Source of the DNA: Acaryochloris marina S15
GTDB lineage: Bacteria; Cyanobacteriota; Cyanobacteriia; Thermosynechococcales; Thermosynechococcaceae
Direction: 5' to 3'
Length of the DNA: 32,000 nucleotides
Assembly (NCBI RefSeq): GCF_018336915.1
Contig: NZ_CP064923.1
Span: 2,310,001-2,342,000 of the forward strand
The notes under the pieces are model-generated. The model did not search any database, was not told the DNA's origin, and saw only the letters and a list, made by a program, of their open reading frames with translations. The position numbers were made by a program, and so were the translations under genes. Every line of letters starts with the position of its first letter. The first letter of the stretch is position 1. Shown here in pieces: positions 24,065 to 32,000 of this stretch.

Positions 24065-25966
24065 ATGCAACGGTGGTTTCAGTGGATCTCGTTCAGAAAA
24101 ATCTCCACACCTGAGGAATTTGATGCTTTAGTCTACCGGGTTGAGACAATGGCTCAACGAAATCCAAGTTTCTACCGGAGTCGCTTAAGGCTGTTAGCTT
24201 GTTTAGGCTATATCTATATCCTGGCTGTATTTGTCCTGTTATTTGCGGGGCTATGGGGAATTCGACTGTATTTAACCGCCATTCAAGACCAGGACATGAT
24301 TGAATCTCTCAATTATGTGACTATCTTGGTTGGGTTTAGTCTGCTGCGCTTGTTTTTCGTTCGCTTTGATCGGCCTAAGGGGATTCCCATGACTCGGAAA
24401 CAAGTCCCCGAGTTGTTTGCCATGCTTGATGAATTAGCATTGGCGATGAAAGCGCCCAAGTTGAATAATGTCATCCTGAATGGGAAGCTCAATGCTGCTA
24501 TTGTTCAGCGTCCTCGATTTGGATTGATCGGTTGGCAAAGCAACTATTTGTTAATTGGCCTGCCCCTTTTGCAAGCGCTGTCTCCCCAGCAGTGCAAAGC
24601 CGTACTCGCCCATGAGCTTGCCCATCTCTGTGGAGATGATGGTCGAGCGTCAGCATGGATTTATCGAATTCGTCGGATGTGGTATGACCTAGCAGAACGT
24701 TTTGAGCATAGTAGTGGAGGATTTCTGTTTGACCGTTTTTTTAGGTGGTATGGACCATTCTTTAGAGCTTTTTCTTTTGTCCATGCTCGTGCTCAAGAGT
24801 ATGAGGCCGATCGGCGGGCAGCAGGAATAGTAGGGGCTCACCATCAAGCAGAGGCACTTATTTGGCTCTATGTGTATGATCATCTGCTCTTGAAAGAGTA
24901 TTGGTCTACCCATTACCGCCGAACACTCCACCAGTCAGAACCGGACGATGATTCTATTTCCCAGATCCTCCAGGTTCTTCGATCAGGAATGTCTCTAGAT
25001 CAATATCGTAGATGGTTGGCCCTGTGTCTTGCTCAGCAAACCACCAATGCCTCGACTCATCCATGTTTGTCAGAACGTCTGGAGAGGTTGGCCTATTCCC
25101 CAGTAGAATTATTGCCTCCTAAATTGAACGCTACAGTTTTATTGGGGGATACATTTCCTGACTTAACCGCCCAATTGAATCAATTTCAAAAACAAGAAGA
25201 AACTGAGGAGTGGGTTGATGATCATGACTATAGTCAACATCAGTTGGCTGGGTTACACCGCTTGAATCAAAGGCCTGAACATCTGCTGACCCTAGAAGAG
25301 CAAATGAAACGGGCTTCAACCACCTGGCAACTTCAGGATCGACAGCAAGCCCTATCCATGTTCCAATCGATTATTGTGGAGAACCCTCACCAGGCTAATG
25401 CTCGCTATTGGGTTGGATATTTATTGACAGAGGAAGGGCAAGCCGACGGAGTGACACACCTTGAATATGCGATGGATCATGATCCTTCCCTCGTGACTTC
25501 AGCCTGTCGTCAGCTCTATGGCTACTATCACCAACGACAACAGCCGGATCTGGCTGAACCTTATAAACGACGATGGCAGCAGCATCAGAAAGCCTGGAAG
25601 ATGGCGTTGACTGAACGTTCGCAGTTTGCCCAGAATACACAGTTCAAACCTCATGGATTACCAGAGGCAGAAATTCGACAGCTAACGGAGCACTTCTCCA
25701 GTTATCCAGAGATAAAAACGGTCTACTTGGTTCAAAGAGTGCTCGAACGCTTTCCTGAATGTCCCTACTATATTTTTGGGATGACTCGACGTCCATTTAA
25801 TCGAAAGGAGCATGAGTACTTTAGCAATCATAAACTGAAAGGCGTGATCAATGTTGCGATCGCATTCTCGTCAGACTATGCCTTATATTTCCACGACGAG
25901 CTAGTCCATTGGGACCGTTTGAAACGATTGCCCGGAGCTAAAATATATCCTCAGTCCTGGAGTTAG
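24065..25966 (+). CDS. M48-family zinc metallopeptidase with N-terminal TM segments and a long helical C-terminal extension
   Basis: The HExxH motif is AHELAHL, with a downstream Glu in EYEADRRAA. The N-terminal helices are LACLGYIYILAVFVLLFAGLWGI and VTILVGFSLLRLFFV. The C-terminal ~300 aa includes a TPR-like segment (ANARYWVGYLLTEEGQADG...). Confidence 0.8.
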   Translation: MQRWFQWISFRKISTPEEFDALVYRVETMAQRNPSFYRSRLRLLACLGYIYILAVFVLLFAGLWGIRLYLTAIQDQDMIESLNYVTILVGFSLLRLFFVRFDRPKGIPMTRKQVPELFAMLDELALAMKAPKLNNVILNGKLNAAIVQRPRFGLIGWQSNYLLIGLPLLQALSPQQCKAVLAHELAHLCGDDGRASAWIYRIRRMWYDLAERFEHSSGGFLFDRFFRWYGPFFRAFSFVHARAQEYEADRRAAGIVGAHHQAEALIWLYVYDHLLLKEYWSTHYRRTLHQSEPDDDSISQILQVLRSGMSLDQYRRWLALCLAQQTTNASTHPCLSERLERLAYSPVELLPPKLNATVLLGDTFPDLTAQLNQFQKQEETEEWVDDHDYSQHQLAGLHRLNQRPEHLLTLEEQMKRASTTWQLQDRQQALSMFQSIIVENPHQANARYWVGYLLTEEGQADGVTHLEYAMDHDPSLVTSACRQLYGYYHQRQQPDLAEPYKRRWQQHQKAWKMALTERSQFAQNTQFKPHGLPEAEIRQLTEHFSSYPEIKTVYLVQRVLERFPECPYYIFGMTRRPFNRKEHEYFSNHKLKGVINVAIAFSSDYALYFHDELVHWDRLKRLPGAKIYPQSWS

Positions 25967-25968
25967 CC

Positions 25969-27225
25969 CTATGGGGCTATGCCTATATCCCGGCGATAGA
26001 CGGTACCATTCTGCCCAGCGATTTGGCGGGGCAGTTGTTGGTGACTGATCACCTGTAGGGTCTTCATATCGTAGGTTGTATAGGTCGTTGATGCAGTGTC
26101 ATGATCAATATCCACCACCGTTAAAGTTTTCTGAGGGGTGCGATCGCTCCCCACTAATTGACGGGGACCGCCGCCTAACGCCCCCGTATGGAGCAGTTGG
26201 AGCTGTCCCCGGCGACCGGGATAGTAGGCATGTTGATGACCACTGATATAGGTATGAACGCCATAGCGCTCCATGATCACCCGTAACTGTTCAGCATTGT
26301 GCAAATATTCACCGGGTTTGTTGCGTCCCACCGCAATGCCATAGAGGGGGAGATGACCAATCATGATTCGAAGTTTAGCCTTTTTGGCTGCTGGACTCTC
26401 AAGGCTTCTCACCACCCAGGCTATTTGCTCTTGGGTGATCTTAGCGGTGGAAGCATCCCAAACTAGATAGAAGATATCATCCTGAGCAAAGGTGTAATTG
26501 AACGGGAAGTTTGCTCGATCGACAAAAGGTAAATCTGGGCGTTGCTGATTCCAATAGGAGGACGCAACTTGCCGATCGACCGTAAAAATAGGGCTGCCCG
26601 CAGGTGATAAAGCTCCTGAACCATCGTGATTGCCGATGGTGAATCCCAAAGGGAGTTGAGCTTGGCGGAGGGGGGCTGCTATGTTGCGATCAAATGCAGC
26701 CCACATGGCTTGAATTTGAGCCCGGTTGAGAGAACGCGATTGGCCCGCCACCATATCTCCCCCACTCAAAACTAAATCAGGTTGCCAGCCAGGAATCAGT
26801 GAGATTGCTTTAGTGACTTCTGGAGCGTAGCGAGTTGACCCATACTGGCTGTTGAGATCACTCATCACCACTAATCGCACATCTCCCCTTAGTGGGGCAA
26901 ATAGTCCTGGGGGCGCAAGAGCCGTCTTGGATAAATCTGGAGCAGGACCCGGAGACGAGGGTGCAGAAGCTGGGGTTGAAGAGGTCGAAGATGCTTGAAC
27001 GTCTTGGGAAGAGACCCACCGATAAATCCCCACAGACAAAACGACCCCACCAGCAAGAATACTAGTAACCCAAAGGAGGTGGCTTCGAGAAGGTTTCATG
27101 GGGGCCGGGTGGATAAGGTCATCCTTGTGCGCAATGGACTGAGAAGTGATTAAGCGCTTCATAATGATGTGAGACTGTTTCGCTATCTTGAGCCTTACCA
27201 TCCCAGAAAAGTTCCACATTCCCAT
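25969..27225 (-). CDS. Membrane-anchored calcineurin-like metallophosphoesterase
   Basis: The motifs are VVMSDLN, GGDMVAG, GNHD, IGHLP and SGHQHAYY. A TM helix (LLWVTSILAGGVVLSVGIY) is followed by a Ser/Pro-rich linker. The start is ambiguous, with ATGs at 27225, 27219, 27162 and 27099. ATG 27225 lies 7 bp after the upstream kinase stop. Confidence 0.8.
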   Translation of the reverse strand: MGMWNFSGMVRLKIAKQSHIIMKRLITSQSIAHKDDLIHPAPMKPSRSHLLWVTSILAGGVVLSVGIYRWVSSQDVQASSTSSTPASAPSSPGPAPDLSKTALAPPGLFAPLRGDVRLVVMSDLNSQYGSTRYAPEVTKAISLIPGWQPDLVLSGGDMVAGQSRSLNRAQIQAMWAAFDRNIAAPLRQAQLPLGFTIGNHDGSGALSPAGSPIFTVDRQVASSYWNQQRPDLPFVDRANFPFNYTFAQDDIFYLVWDASTAKITQEQIAWVVRSLESPAAKKAKLRIMIGHLPLYGIAVGRNKPGEYLHNAEQLRVIMERYGVHTYISGHQHAYYPGRRGQLQLLHTGALGGGPRQLVGSDRTPQKTLTVVDIDHDTASTTYTTYDMKTLQVISHQQLPRQIAGQNGTVYRRDIGIAP

Positions 27226-27232
27226 CCCTTAT

Positions 27233-29173
27233 TTAAGGGATTTTGGCTTCTGTATTGATTTTGTAGTTATTGATAATTCGATTGAGGGGTTTTTCCAGTT
27301 CCTTGAATTGATCGTTTGGAACGATGAAGCTCAGAATGGCCACTCGCTTCCCTTTACGTTCAATAAAGCTATTGCCCAGCAGTTTAACTTTAATGTTGCC
27401 TGTTGCTTTGGCTGTATAACCCCAAATGAGCAAAACACTGCCATCTTTTTGGGGTTTAGCATCTCGGAGAAAGAAACCTGGCTCCTTCTCAAAAGAGTTC
27501 TTGAGAAAATCTTGGAGTAACTTGGTTAAATCATCCTGGGTGGGATCGTAGTCAACATCGAAAATGTCGGCGACGAGTCCACCGTTACGGGTTGGATCGG
27601 TCCATAACACAATCACTTCACCCGGCTTGCTATTGTCTTTGCTTTTCCATCCATCGGGAGCCAGTAAGGAAAAGGCTTTGGTTTTATGGGTATAGGTGGA
27701 TAACTTATCAATATCAACGGACTTAAACCGCCGCCTACTGGAAGGGGATGGGCTGGGTGAGGGGCTAACCCGAGGGGAAGGAGAGCTAGAGGCAGTCGGC
27801 GAACTAGATTCTTCGGTTGATACGACTGGATCGACACTGTTATTACTGCCATTAAATCCAGCGTAAGCAAGACCGCCCAGGATAATGAAGGTCAATCCAC
27901 CGGCGATGGTCCACAACTTAACGTTACTCTTGCTTTGATCTGCTTCCACCGCAGCAACTTGTTGCACAGGGGCAGAATAGTTGGCAGAAAAAGGGTTCGC
28001 TGACTGGGTGGTTTGGGGAGACGGTTGAGTCGGAGGAGGTGCCGCGGGCATCGTTGGCGGCATGGTCGGAGGCACTCCAGTGACGGGGGGTGGCTGCATG
28101 ATTTTGGTGGGGGGCGGCTCTATCTGAGTATTGAGCGCTTGGATGATTTCCGCTGCGGACTGATACCGATCCACCGGCCGGGGCGATAACATTTTGTTGA
28201 GGGTGTCAGAAAAATTAGAGCTTAAGCTGAGTTCTTTCTGCCATAGCCACTCTAGAGATTGGGGATCTTGGAGCTGTTGGGGAGGATGTCCGGTCATCAG
28301 CACTAAAGCCGTTACTGCTAAGGCATATAAATCACTATGGGGAGCAACTAAACCTAATCGCATCTGCTCATCAGGAGCATACCCAATTTTCCCCAAGCGA
28401 GTCCCTCCCGTGGACGCTCCAGGGGAACTCCGTTCAGTGGCAACTTCTGTCGCAACGTCTATGGCAACTTGCTTCACCCCACCCATATCAATCAGGATGG
28501 GTAAACCATCTTTGTTCCGCCGGATAATGTTATCGGGGGAAATATCTCGGTGGATGACTCCCTGGCCATGGAGATAACTTAAGACAGGCAGCAGATCCCT
28601 GAATAGTTGTGTGACTTCTGTTTCGCTAAAGGTTTGCCCTTGCTGTTGGCGTCCTTCTAGCAGTTGTTGATAGGTGGAGCCTTCAGCAAAATCTTGGACT
28701 AGGAATAGTCGCTTCTGGGCAGTGAATATCTCCCAGAATCTGGGGATTTGGGGATGTTCAAGGCGATGAAGGGTGGCTGCTTCTCTTTGAAAGAGTTCTT
28801 CGGCTTTCTTAAGGGCGTAGGTGCCTTGAACCGATGGGGTCAATTCCTTGAGCACGATAATTTCGTTAAAGCGCCCAGTATCCTCAGCTCGGTAGGTTCT
28901 GCCAAATCCCCCTTGTCCTAGCTGGTGTTGGATTATGTAGCGATCGCGGAGTCGTGTACCAGGGGGCAATGAGGTCTGGGTATTTTCAGTGGCGTCTAAG
29001 TCTGCAGTTCCTTGGGTGGGTGGAATTGAAGATTGATTACTGGTTTGGGGTACGACTGCAGGGCTGCCTGAACCTGTCACAGGAGGTTTCAACATTGAAA
29101 TCCCACAATATTGGCAGAATCGGGAGTCTGAAGAATTTTCTCGCCCACAGGAACTACACGTAATCTGAGTCAT
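27233..29173 (-). CDS. Hanks-type Ser/Thr protein kinase with N-terminal zinc ribbon, TM helix and extracytoplasmic C-terminal domain
   Basis: The zinc ribbon is CSSCG...FCQYCG. The kinase motifs are LGQGGFGRTY, VLKEL, HRDISPDN, DMGGVK and GYAPDEQ. A Pro-rich linker, the TM helix LWTIAGGLTFIILGGLAYAG and a Ser/Pro linker precede a ~170-aa domain (AFSLLAPDGWKSKD...) whose PsbP-like identity is only a guess. Confidence 0.9.
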   Translation of the reverse strand: MTQITCSSCGRENSSDSRFCQYCGISMLKPPVTGSGSPAVVPQTSNQSSIPPTQGTADLDATENTQTSLPPGTRLRDRYIIQHQLGQGGFGRTYRAEDTGRFNEIIVLKELTPSVQGTYALKKAEELFQREAATLHRLEHPQIPRFWEIFTAQKRLFLVQDFAEGSTYQQLLEGRQQQGQTFSETEVTQLFRDLLPVLSYLHGQGVIHRDISPDNIIRRNKDGLPILIDMGGVKQVAIDVATEVATERSSPGASTGGTRLGKIGYAPDEQMRLGLVAPHSDLYALAVTALVLMTGHPPQQLQDPQSLEWLWQKELSLSSNFSDTLNKMLSPRPVDRYQSAAEIIQALNTQIEPPPTKIMQPPPVTGVPPTMPPTMPAAPPPTQPSPQTTQSANPFSANYSAPVQQVAAVEADQSKSNVKLWTIAGGLTFIILGGLAYAGFNGSNNSVDPVVSTEESSSPTASSSPSPRVSPSPSPSPSSRRRFKSVDIDKLSTYTHKTKAFSLLAPDGWKSKDNSKPGEVIVLWTDPTRNGGLVADIFDVDYDPTQDDLTKLLQDFLKNSFEKEPGFFLRDAKPQKDGSVLLIWGYTAKATGNIKVKLLGNSFIERKGKRVAILSFIVPNDQFKELEKPLNRIINNYKINTEAKIP

Positions 29174-29378
29174 AAAGTTAGCATTTCAATCAATGCAGCA
29201 AGGTCCAAGCCAAGTGAAAAGCAGAAGTGATTTATCCCTTTCCCATACTGGCGTGTAGCCATTGATTATTACTGTATGAGTAATTGATAGGATGTCTAAG
29301 ACTTCCTGCGTTCACATCATAACCTAGCTCAGTCTAGGTCCTTTTCGAATGACAAGGATCACCTAAATTTCCCAGTTT

Positions 29379-31376
29379 TTATTCAATATCAATATCGATG
29401 CTGTAAGGGCTGGTTTGAGTTGCCGTCACGTCTAAACGGTACTCTCCAGATTGAGGGAGTTGTCCTTGCCAATTGGCTGCTTGGGGGCTGAGTTGGCTTA
29501 AAGGTTGACCACCGGGACTGAAGAGTGTCACCTGAATATCTCCTTGGGCGATATTGACCCGCATCAATTGCTGTGCCCCAGCATTGAGTAAATACCGCTG
29601 TCGTTGGCCTGCTTGAATGGTGCTGTTGAGCTGAGTCCCCGTTGCACCAGGGGCGAACTTCACCCTTGAGGTGGTGTCTTTAGGGGGGATTTGCCTGGGC
29701 GTAACGACTTCAACATCTAGGGAAAAGCGTTCAGCCCCAGGTTGCTGATTTTCTACGGCGATGGTGTAGTTCCCATTCGAGGGTAATGCTGTGGTATCGC
29801 TAGGCGTTTGACGATTTGCCTCAGCAATCATACGACCTTGAGGATCGAGGATTTGGACCTCTACATCGCCGCTGGATAAGCGCACGGTCATAGATTGTTG
29901 GGCTTGAGCATTGAGTAGGAAGGGTTGCCGCTCATGCTGATTCAAGGTTTGTGCCAGTAAAGTGCCTGTTGCCCCTGGGGCGAATCGAACCCGATTTGGT
30001 GCTAATCGGCACACTTGCTGGGTGAGGTTTTTAGAAACCCAACCGTCAGGAGATTGAACTTGTAGCCACTTCCCTTGTGAACCGAGCACGGACAGAGGGG
30101 TGCCATTATCAACGGTGGCGACGATATTGTCGGGGGTGACTTCTGGACTGGAACGAATGTTCAAGGGAGGATTCGGATCGTTGACGGTGACCCTGCAGTT
30201 AGAGGGAAGAGGGTTGACGTTTCTGATGGGGGAAGGAGTCAAGGAGGGGGAGGGCTCAACAGAGGGTTCAACAGAGGCAGAGGGACTCACAGCCGGATCT
30301 GTAGATCGGCCATTGAGCCCCGAAAAGTTGGGCATCAGACCGAGGGCGTAAGCACCCCCTAGACCCGATAAACCGACGATGACTGCAGCAATCCACCAAG
30401 AACCACGAGAGGGTTGGGGAGGCACGGGTTTTGGACTGACAACATTGGTGGCAGGCAAGTCGGTGGGGTTGGCGTTAGGAATGGGAGCATTGTTGGGAAT
30501 GGGAGCACTGTAGATGACGGGCTCGGTGGGAGGAATGGGGGGAGATGAAGGTTGCGAAAGGAGTTGTAAGTCTTGGAGGACGTCTGCCACAGATGGGTAG
30601 CGGGTATTGAATTGCGATCGCACCATCCGTTCCAAGATCTCGGCAAACCTGGGGGACGCTTGGGGGGCCAAGGAACGCCACTGAAGCTCCGCCGTTTGTT
30701 CATCAAAGGGAAGTTGCATCGGCTCTACCCCCGTTAGGGCCTTGATACCAATCATGCCAACAGCATAAATGTCGCTGTTGAGGCGGGGACGGCCTGATAA
30801 TTGCTCACCGGGCATATAGCCCTGGGTGCCGATGCCCACGGTGTAGCCAACGGATTGATCCGCTGGAGCAATTTGAGTGCGGATTTCTTTGACGGCACCG
30901 AAATCAATTAAGACTAAATGACCATCGGCTTGCCGACGGATCAGGTTATCGGGCTTGATATCCCGGTGAATGACTTGGTGGTAGTGAACGAAATGCAAGA
31001 CGTTGAGGATTTCTTGCACAATGCCTAGCACCTGAGCTTCGGGTAAGGGTTGGCCCAGGGGCATCTCATCACTCAGGGTCTGACCTTGAATGAATTCCTG
31101 AACGAGATAAAATTCTTTTTGATCTTCAAAGTAGGCGAGGAGCTGAGGAATTTGATCATGGCGTCCCAGCTTCTCCAGCATCTCGGCTTCGGTCCGAAAT
31201 AGCCGCCGGGCCACATCAATAAATTGGGTATCAGAGCTGGCTGGCTTCAGATGCTTAACCACACATTGGGGATTGCCCGGTCGGCGAGTATCTTCAGCAA
31301 TATAGGTTTGGCCAAATCCACCGGCCCCTAAGACTGCCGTAACCTTATAGCGCTGATCAAGTAAAGTACCCAGCAT
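29379..31376 (-). CDS. Hanks-type Ser/Thr protein kinase with TM helix, SH3b-like domain and two tandem ~95-aa extracytoplasmic repeats
   Basis: The track start at 31415 is GTG, so I use ATG 31376 (MLGTLLDQRYKV). The kinase motifs are LGAGGFGQTY, VVKHL, HRDIKPDN, DFGAVK and GYMPGEQ. The TM helix is WWIAAVIVGLSGLGGAYALGL. The SH3b-like stretch is PLNIRSSPEV...GKWLQVQSPDGWVS. The two repeats begin VRFAPGATGT and VKFAPGATGT. Confidence 0.9.
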   Translation of the reverse strand: MLGTLLDQRYKVTAVLGAGGFGQTYIAEDTRRPGNPQCVVKHLKPASSDTQFIDVARRLFRTEAEMLEKLGRHDQIPQLLAYFEDQKEFYLVQEFIQGQTLSDEMPLGQPLPEAQVLGIVQEILNVLHFVHYHQVIHRDIKPDNLIRRQADGHLVLIDFGAVKEIRTQIAPADQSVGYTVGIGTQGYMPGEQLSGRPRLNSDIYAVGMIGIKALTGVEPMQLPFDEQTAELQWRSLAPQASPRFAEILERMVRSQFNTRYPSVADVLQDLQLLSQPSSPPIPPTEPVIYSAPIPNNAPIPNANPTDLPATNVVSPKPVPPQPSRGSWWIAAVIVGLSGLGGAYALGLMPNFSGLNGRSTDPAVSPSASVEPSVEPSPSLTPSPIRNVNPLPSNCRVTVNDPNPPLNIRSSPEVTPDNIVATVDNGTPLSVLGSQGKWLQVQSPDGWVSKNLTQQVCRLAPNRVRFAPGATGTLLAQTLNQHERQPFLLNAQAQQSMTVRLSSGDVEVQILDPQGRMIAEANRQTPSDTTALPSNGNYTIAVENQQPGAERFSLDVEVVTPRQIPPKDTTSRVKFAPGATGTQLNSTIQAGQRQRYLLNAGAQQLMRVNIAQGDIQVTLFSPGGQPLSQLSPQAANWQGQLPQSGEYRLDVTATQTSPYSIDIDIE

Positions 31377-31485
31377 CAAGGCCCCCTGTGCAACACTCCT
31401 GATTCTGGCACACAATGATCTCAGTTCCTGCGGGGTTTACCATCGCGTATCATCAATGGGGCCTTGTTCATATTCTGTTGCTGAA

Positions 31486-32000
31486 CTGAGTTTTCATGCC
31501 TCAAGTGTCTATCATTATGCCCCTGCTCAATGAAGCAACGGTTCTCAGCCGAACCCTTAAGCATCTGATGGCCTTGGAGCCTCCCGCCCATGAGATTATC
31601 TTGGTGGATGGGGGCAGTACTGATACGACGGTTTCCATTGCTCAGCACCATGTTGAGTCCTGGGAAGGGACGAGCTTTTCTGTGGTGACAGCACCGGAGC
31701 GGGGCCGGGCATCGCAGATGAATTACGGGGCTGCGATCGCAACTGGAGACATTCTTTGTTTTCTCCATGCCGATACCCTAGTCCCCGATGATCTAGTCGA
31801 CCTAATGACTCAGACCCTAGCCGATCCTAATACCGTCTGCGGGGGGTTTATTGCTTTGATGTGTGGCGATCAAAGTACCCGCTGGGGCATCACGTTGCAA
31901 AACTACCTAAAAACCTATATTGCCGCCCTGATTGCTCGTCCCCATCTCTTCTTATGTAAGGGATTTAGGGTCTTGTTTGGTGATCAAGTGATGTTCTGTG
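31486..32000 (+). CDS. Family-2 glycosyltransferase, N-terminal part (continues past right edge)
   Basis: My own translation from ATG 31486, the first start after an in-frame TGA at 31477, has no stop up to 32000. It reads MPQVSIIMPLLNEATVLSRTLKHLMALEPPAHEIILVDGGSTDTTV...GDILCFLHADTLVP. The VSIIxPxxNE, VDGGSTD and LHAD motifs are typical of GT2. The ORF is open-ended, so it is missing from the track. Confidence 0.75.

Noticed and set aside
23873-24070. 66-aa N-terminal extension of the photolyase-like ORF from a TTG start at 24070
   Set aside because: It would overlap the divergent M48 gene start at 24065. It adds sequence with no family similarity. ATG 23872 gives MESTLIYPHQL, which matches the N-terminus I recall for homologues.
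27188-27520. 110-aa plus-strand ORF spanning the kinase/phosphoesterase junction
   Set aside because: It is antisense to the well-supported C-terminal domain of the Ser/Thr kinase and has no motif support.
29322-29339. Hairpin acctag-ctcagt-ctaggt between the two kinase genes as a terminator
   Set aside because: The stem is only 6 bp. On the minus strand, the transcribed strand here, it is not followed by a T-run. The evidence is too weak.
30476-30515. Short tandem DNA duplication (aatgggagca.tg) as a possible repeat element
   Set aside because: It encodes the duplicated APIPN(N/A) peptide in the Pro-rich juxtamembrane linker of kinase A. This is ordinary low-complexity linker expansion, not a separate element.
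31421-31768. 115-aa minus-strand ORF in the ORF track
   Set aside because: It lies antisense to a much better plus-strand frame with clear GT2 motifs that stays open to the window edge. Its own translation has no recognisable features.
1-32000. Search for CRISPR arrays, tRNA or rRNA genes, IS elements, integrases and phage genes
   Set aside because: I saw no spaced direct-repeat arrays, no cloverleaf-like conserved tRNA segments in the gaps, and no transposase or integrase-like ORFs. HIP1 sites spread across the window argue against a recent foreign island. This was a by-eye scan, so small RNAs could have been missed.

Overview
This 32-kb window looks like cyanobacterial chromosome. The HIP1 octamer GCGATCGC occurs 14 times, there are three pentapeptide-repeat genes, and there is a dnaK/J-protein pair. 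By eye I found no rRNA, tRNA, CRISPR array, transposase or integrase. I call 26 CDS, of which 24 are reasonably supported and 2 are speculative small ORFs. Two CDS are cut by the window edges and are absent from the ORF track: a TetR-family regulator at 1..145 (-) and a family-2 glycosyltransferase at 31486..32000 (+). Several ORF-track starts are TTG or GTG extensions, and I moved them to downstream ATGs. Recognisable units are an egtC-egtB-egtD ergothioneine cluster, a dnaK plus zinc-finger-less J-protein pair, lemA plus a TPR-DUF3137 gene, a PAS-PAS hybrid histidine kinase, two Hanks-type Ser/Thr kinases followed by a membrane-anchored metallophosphoesterase, an M48 peptidase, a CE4 deacetylase and a TetR/Rieske-oxygenase divergent pair. 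I see no obvious multi-gene novel system such as a defence island or a RiPP cluster with enzymes. The most unusual items are: (1) an ~840-aa fusion of a cNMP-binding-like domain, a degenerate sigma-54-activator-type AAA+ module and a Cys-rich polyferredoxin-like membrane domain (1329..3857); (2) a photolyase-related protein with too few cysteines for the four-Cys Fe-S cluster I recall for that clade (22412..23872); (3) an 870-bp gene-poor gap holding an unannotated 48-aa two-Cys ORF bracketed by hairpins (3858..4727); (4) the co-directional kinase/kinase/phosphoesterase block with three different extracytoplasmic modules (25969..31376). All family calls come from motif recognition by eye, and no database search was run.
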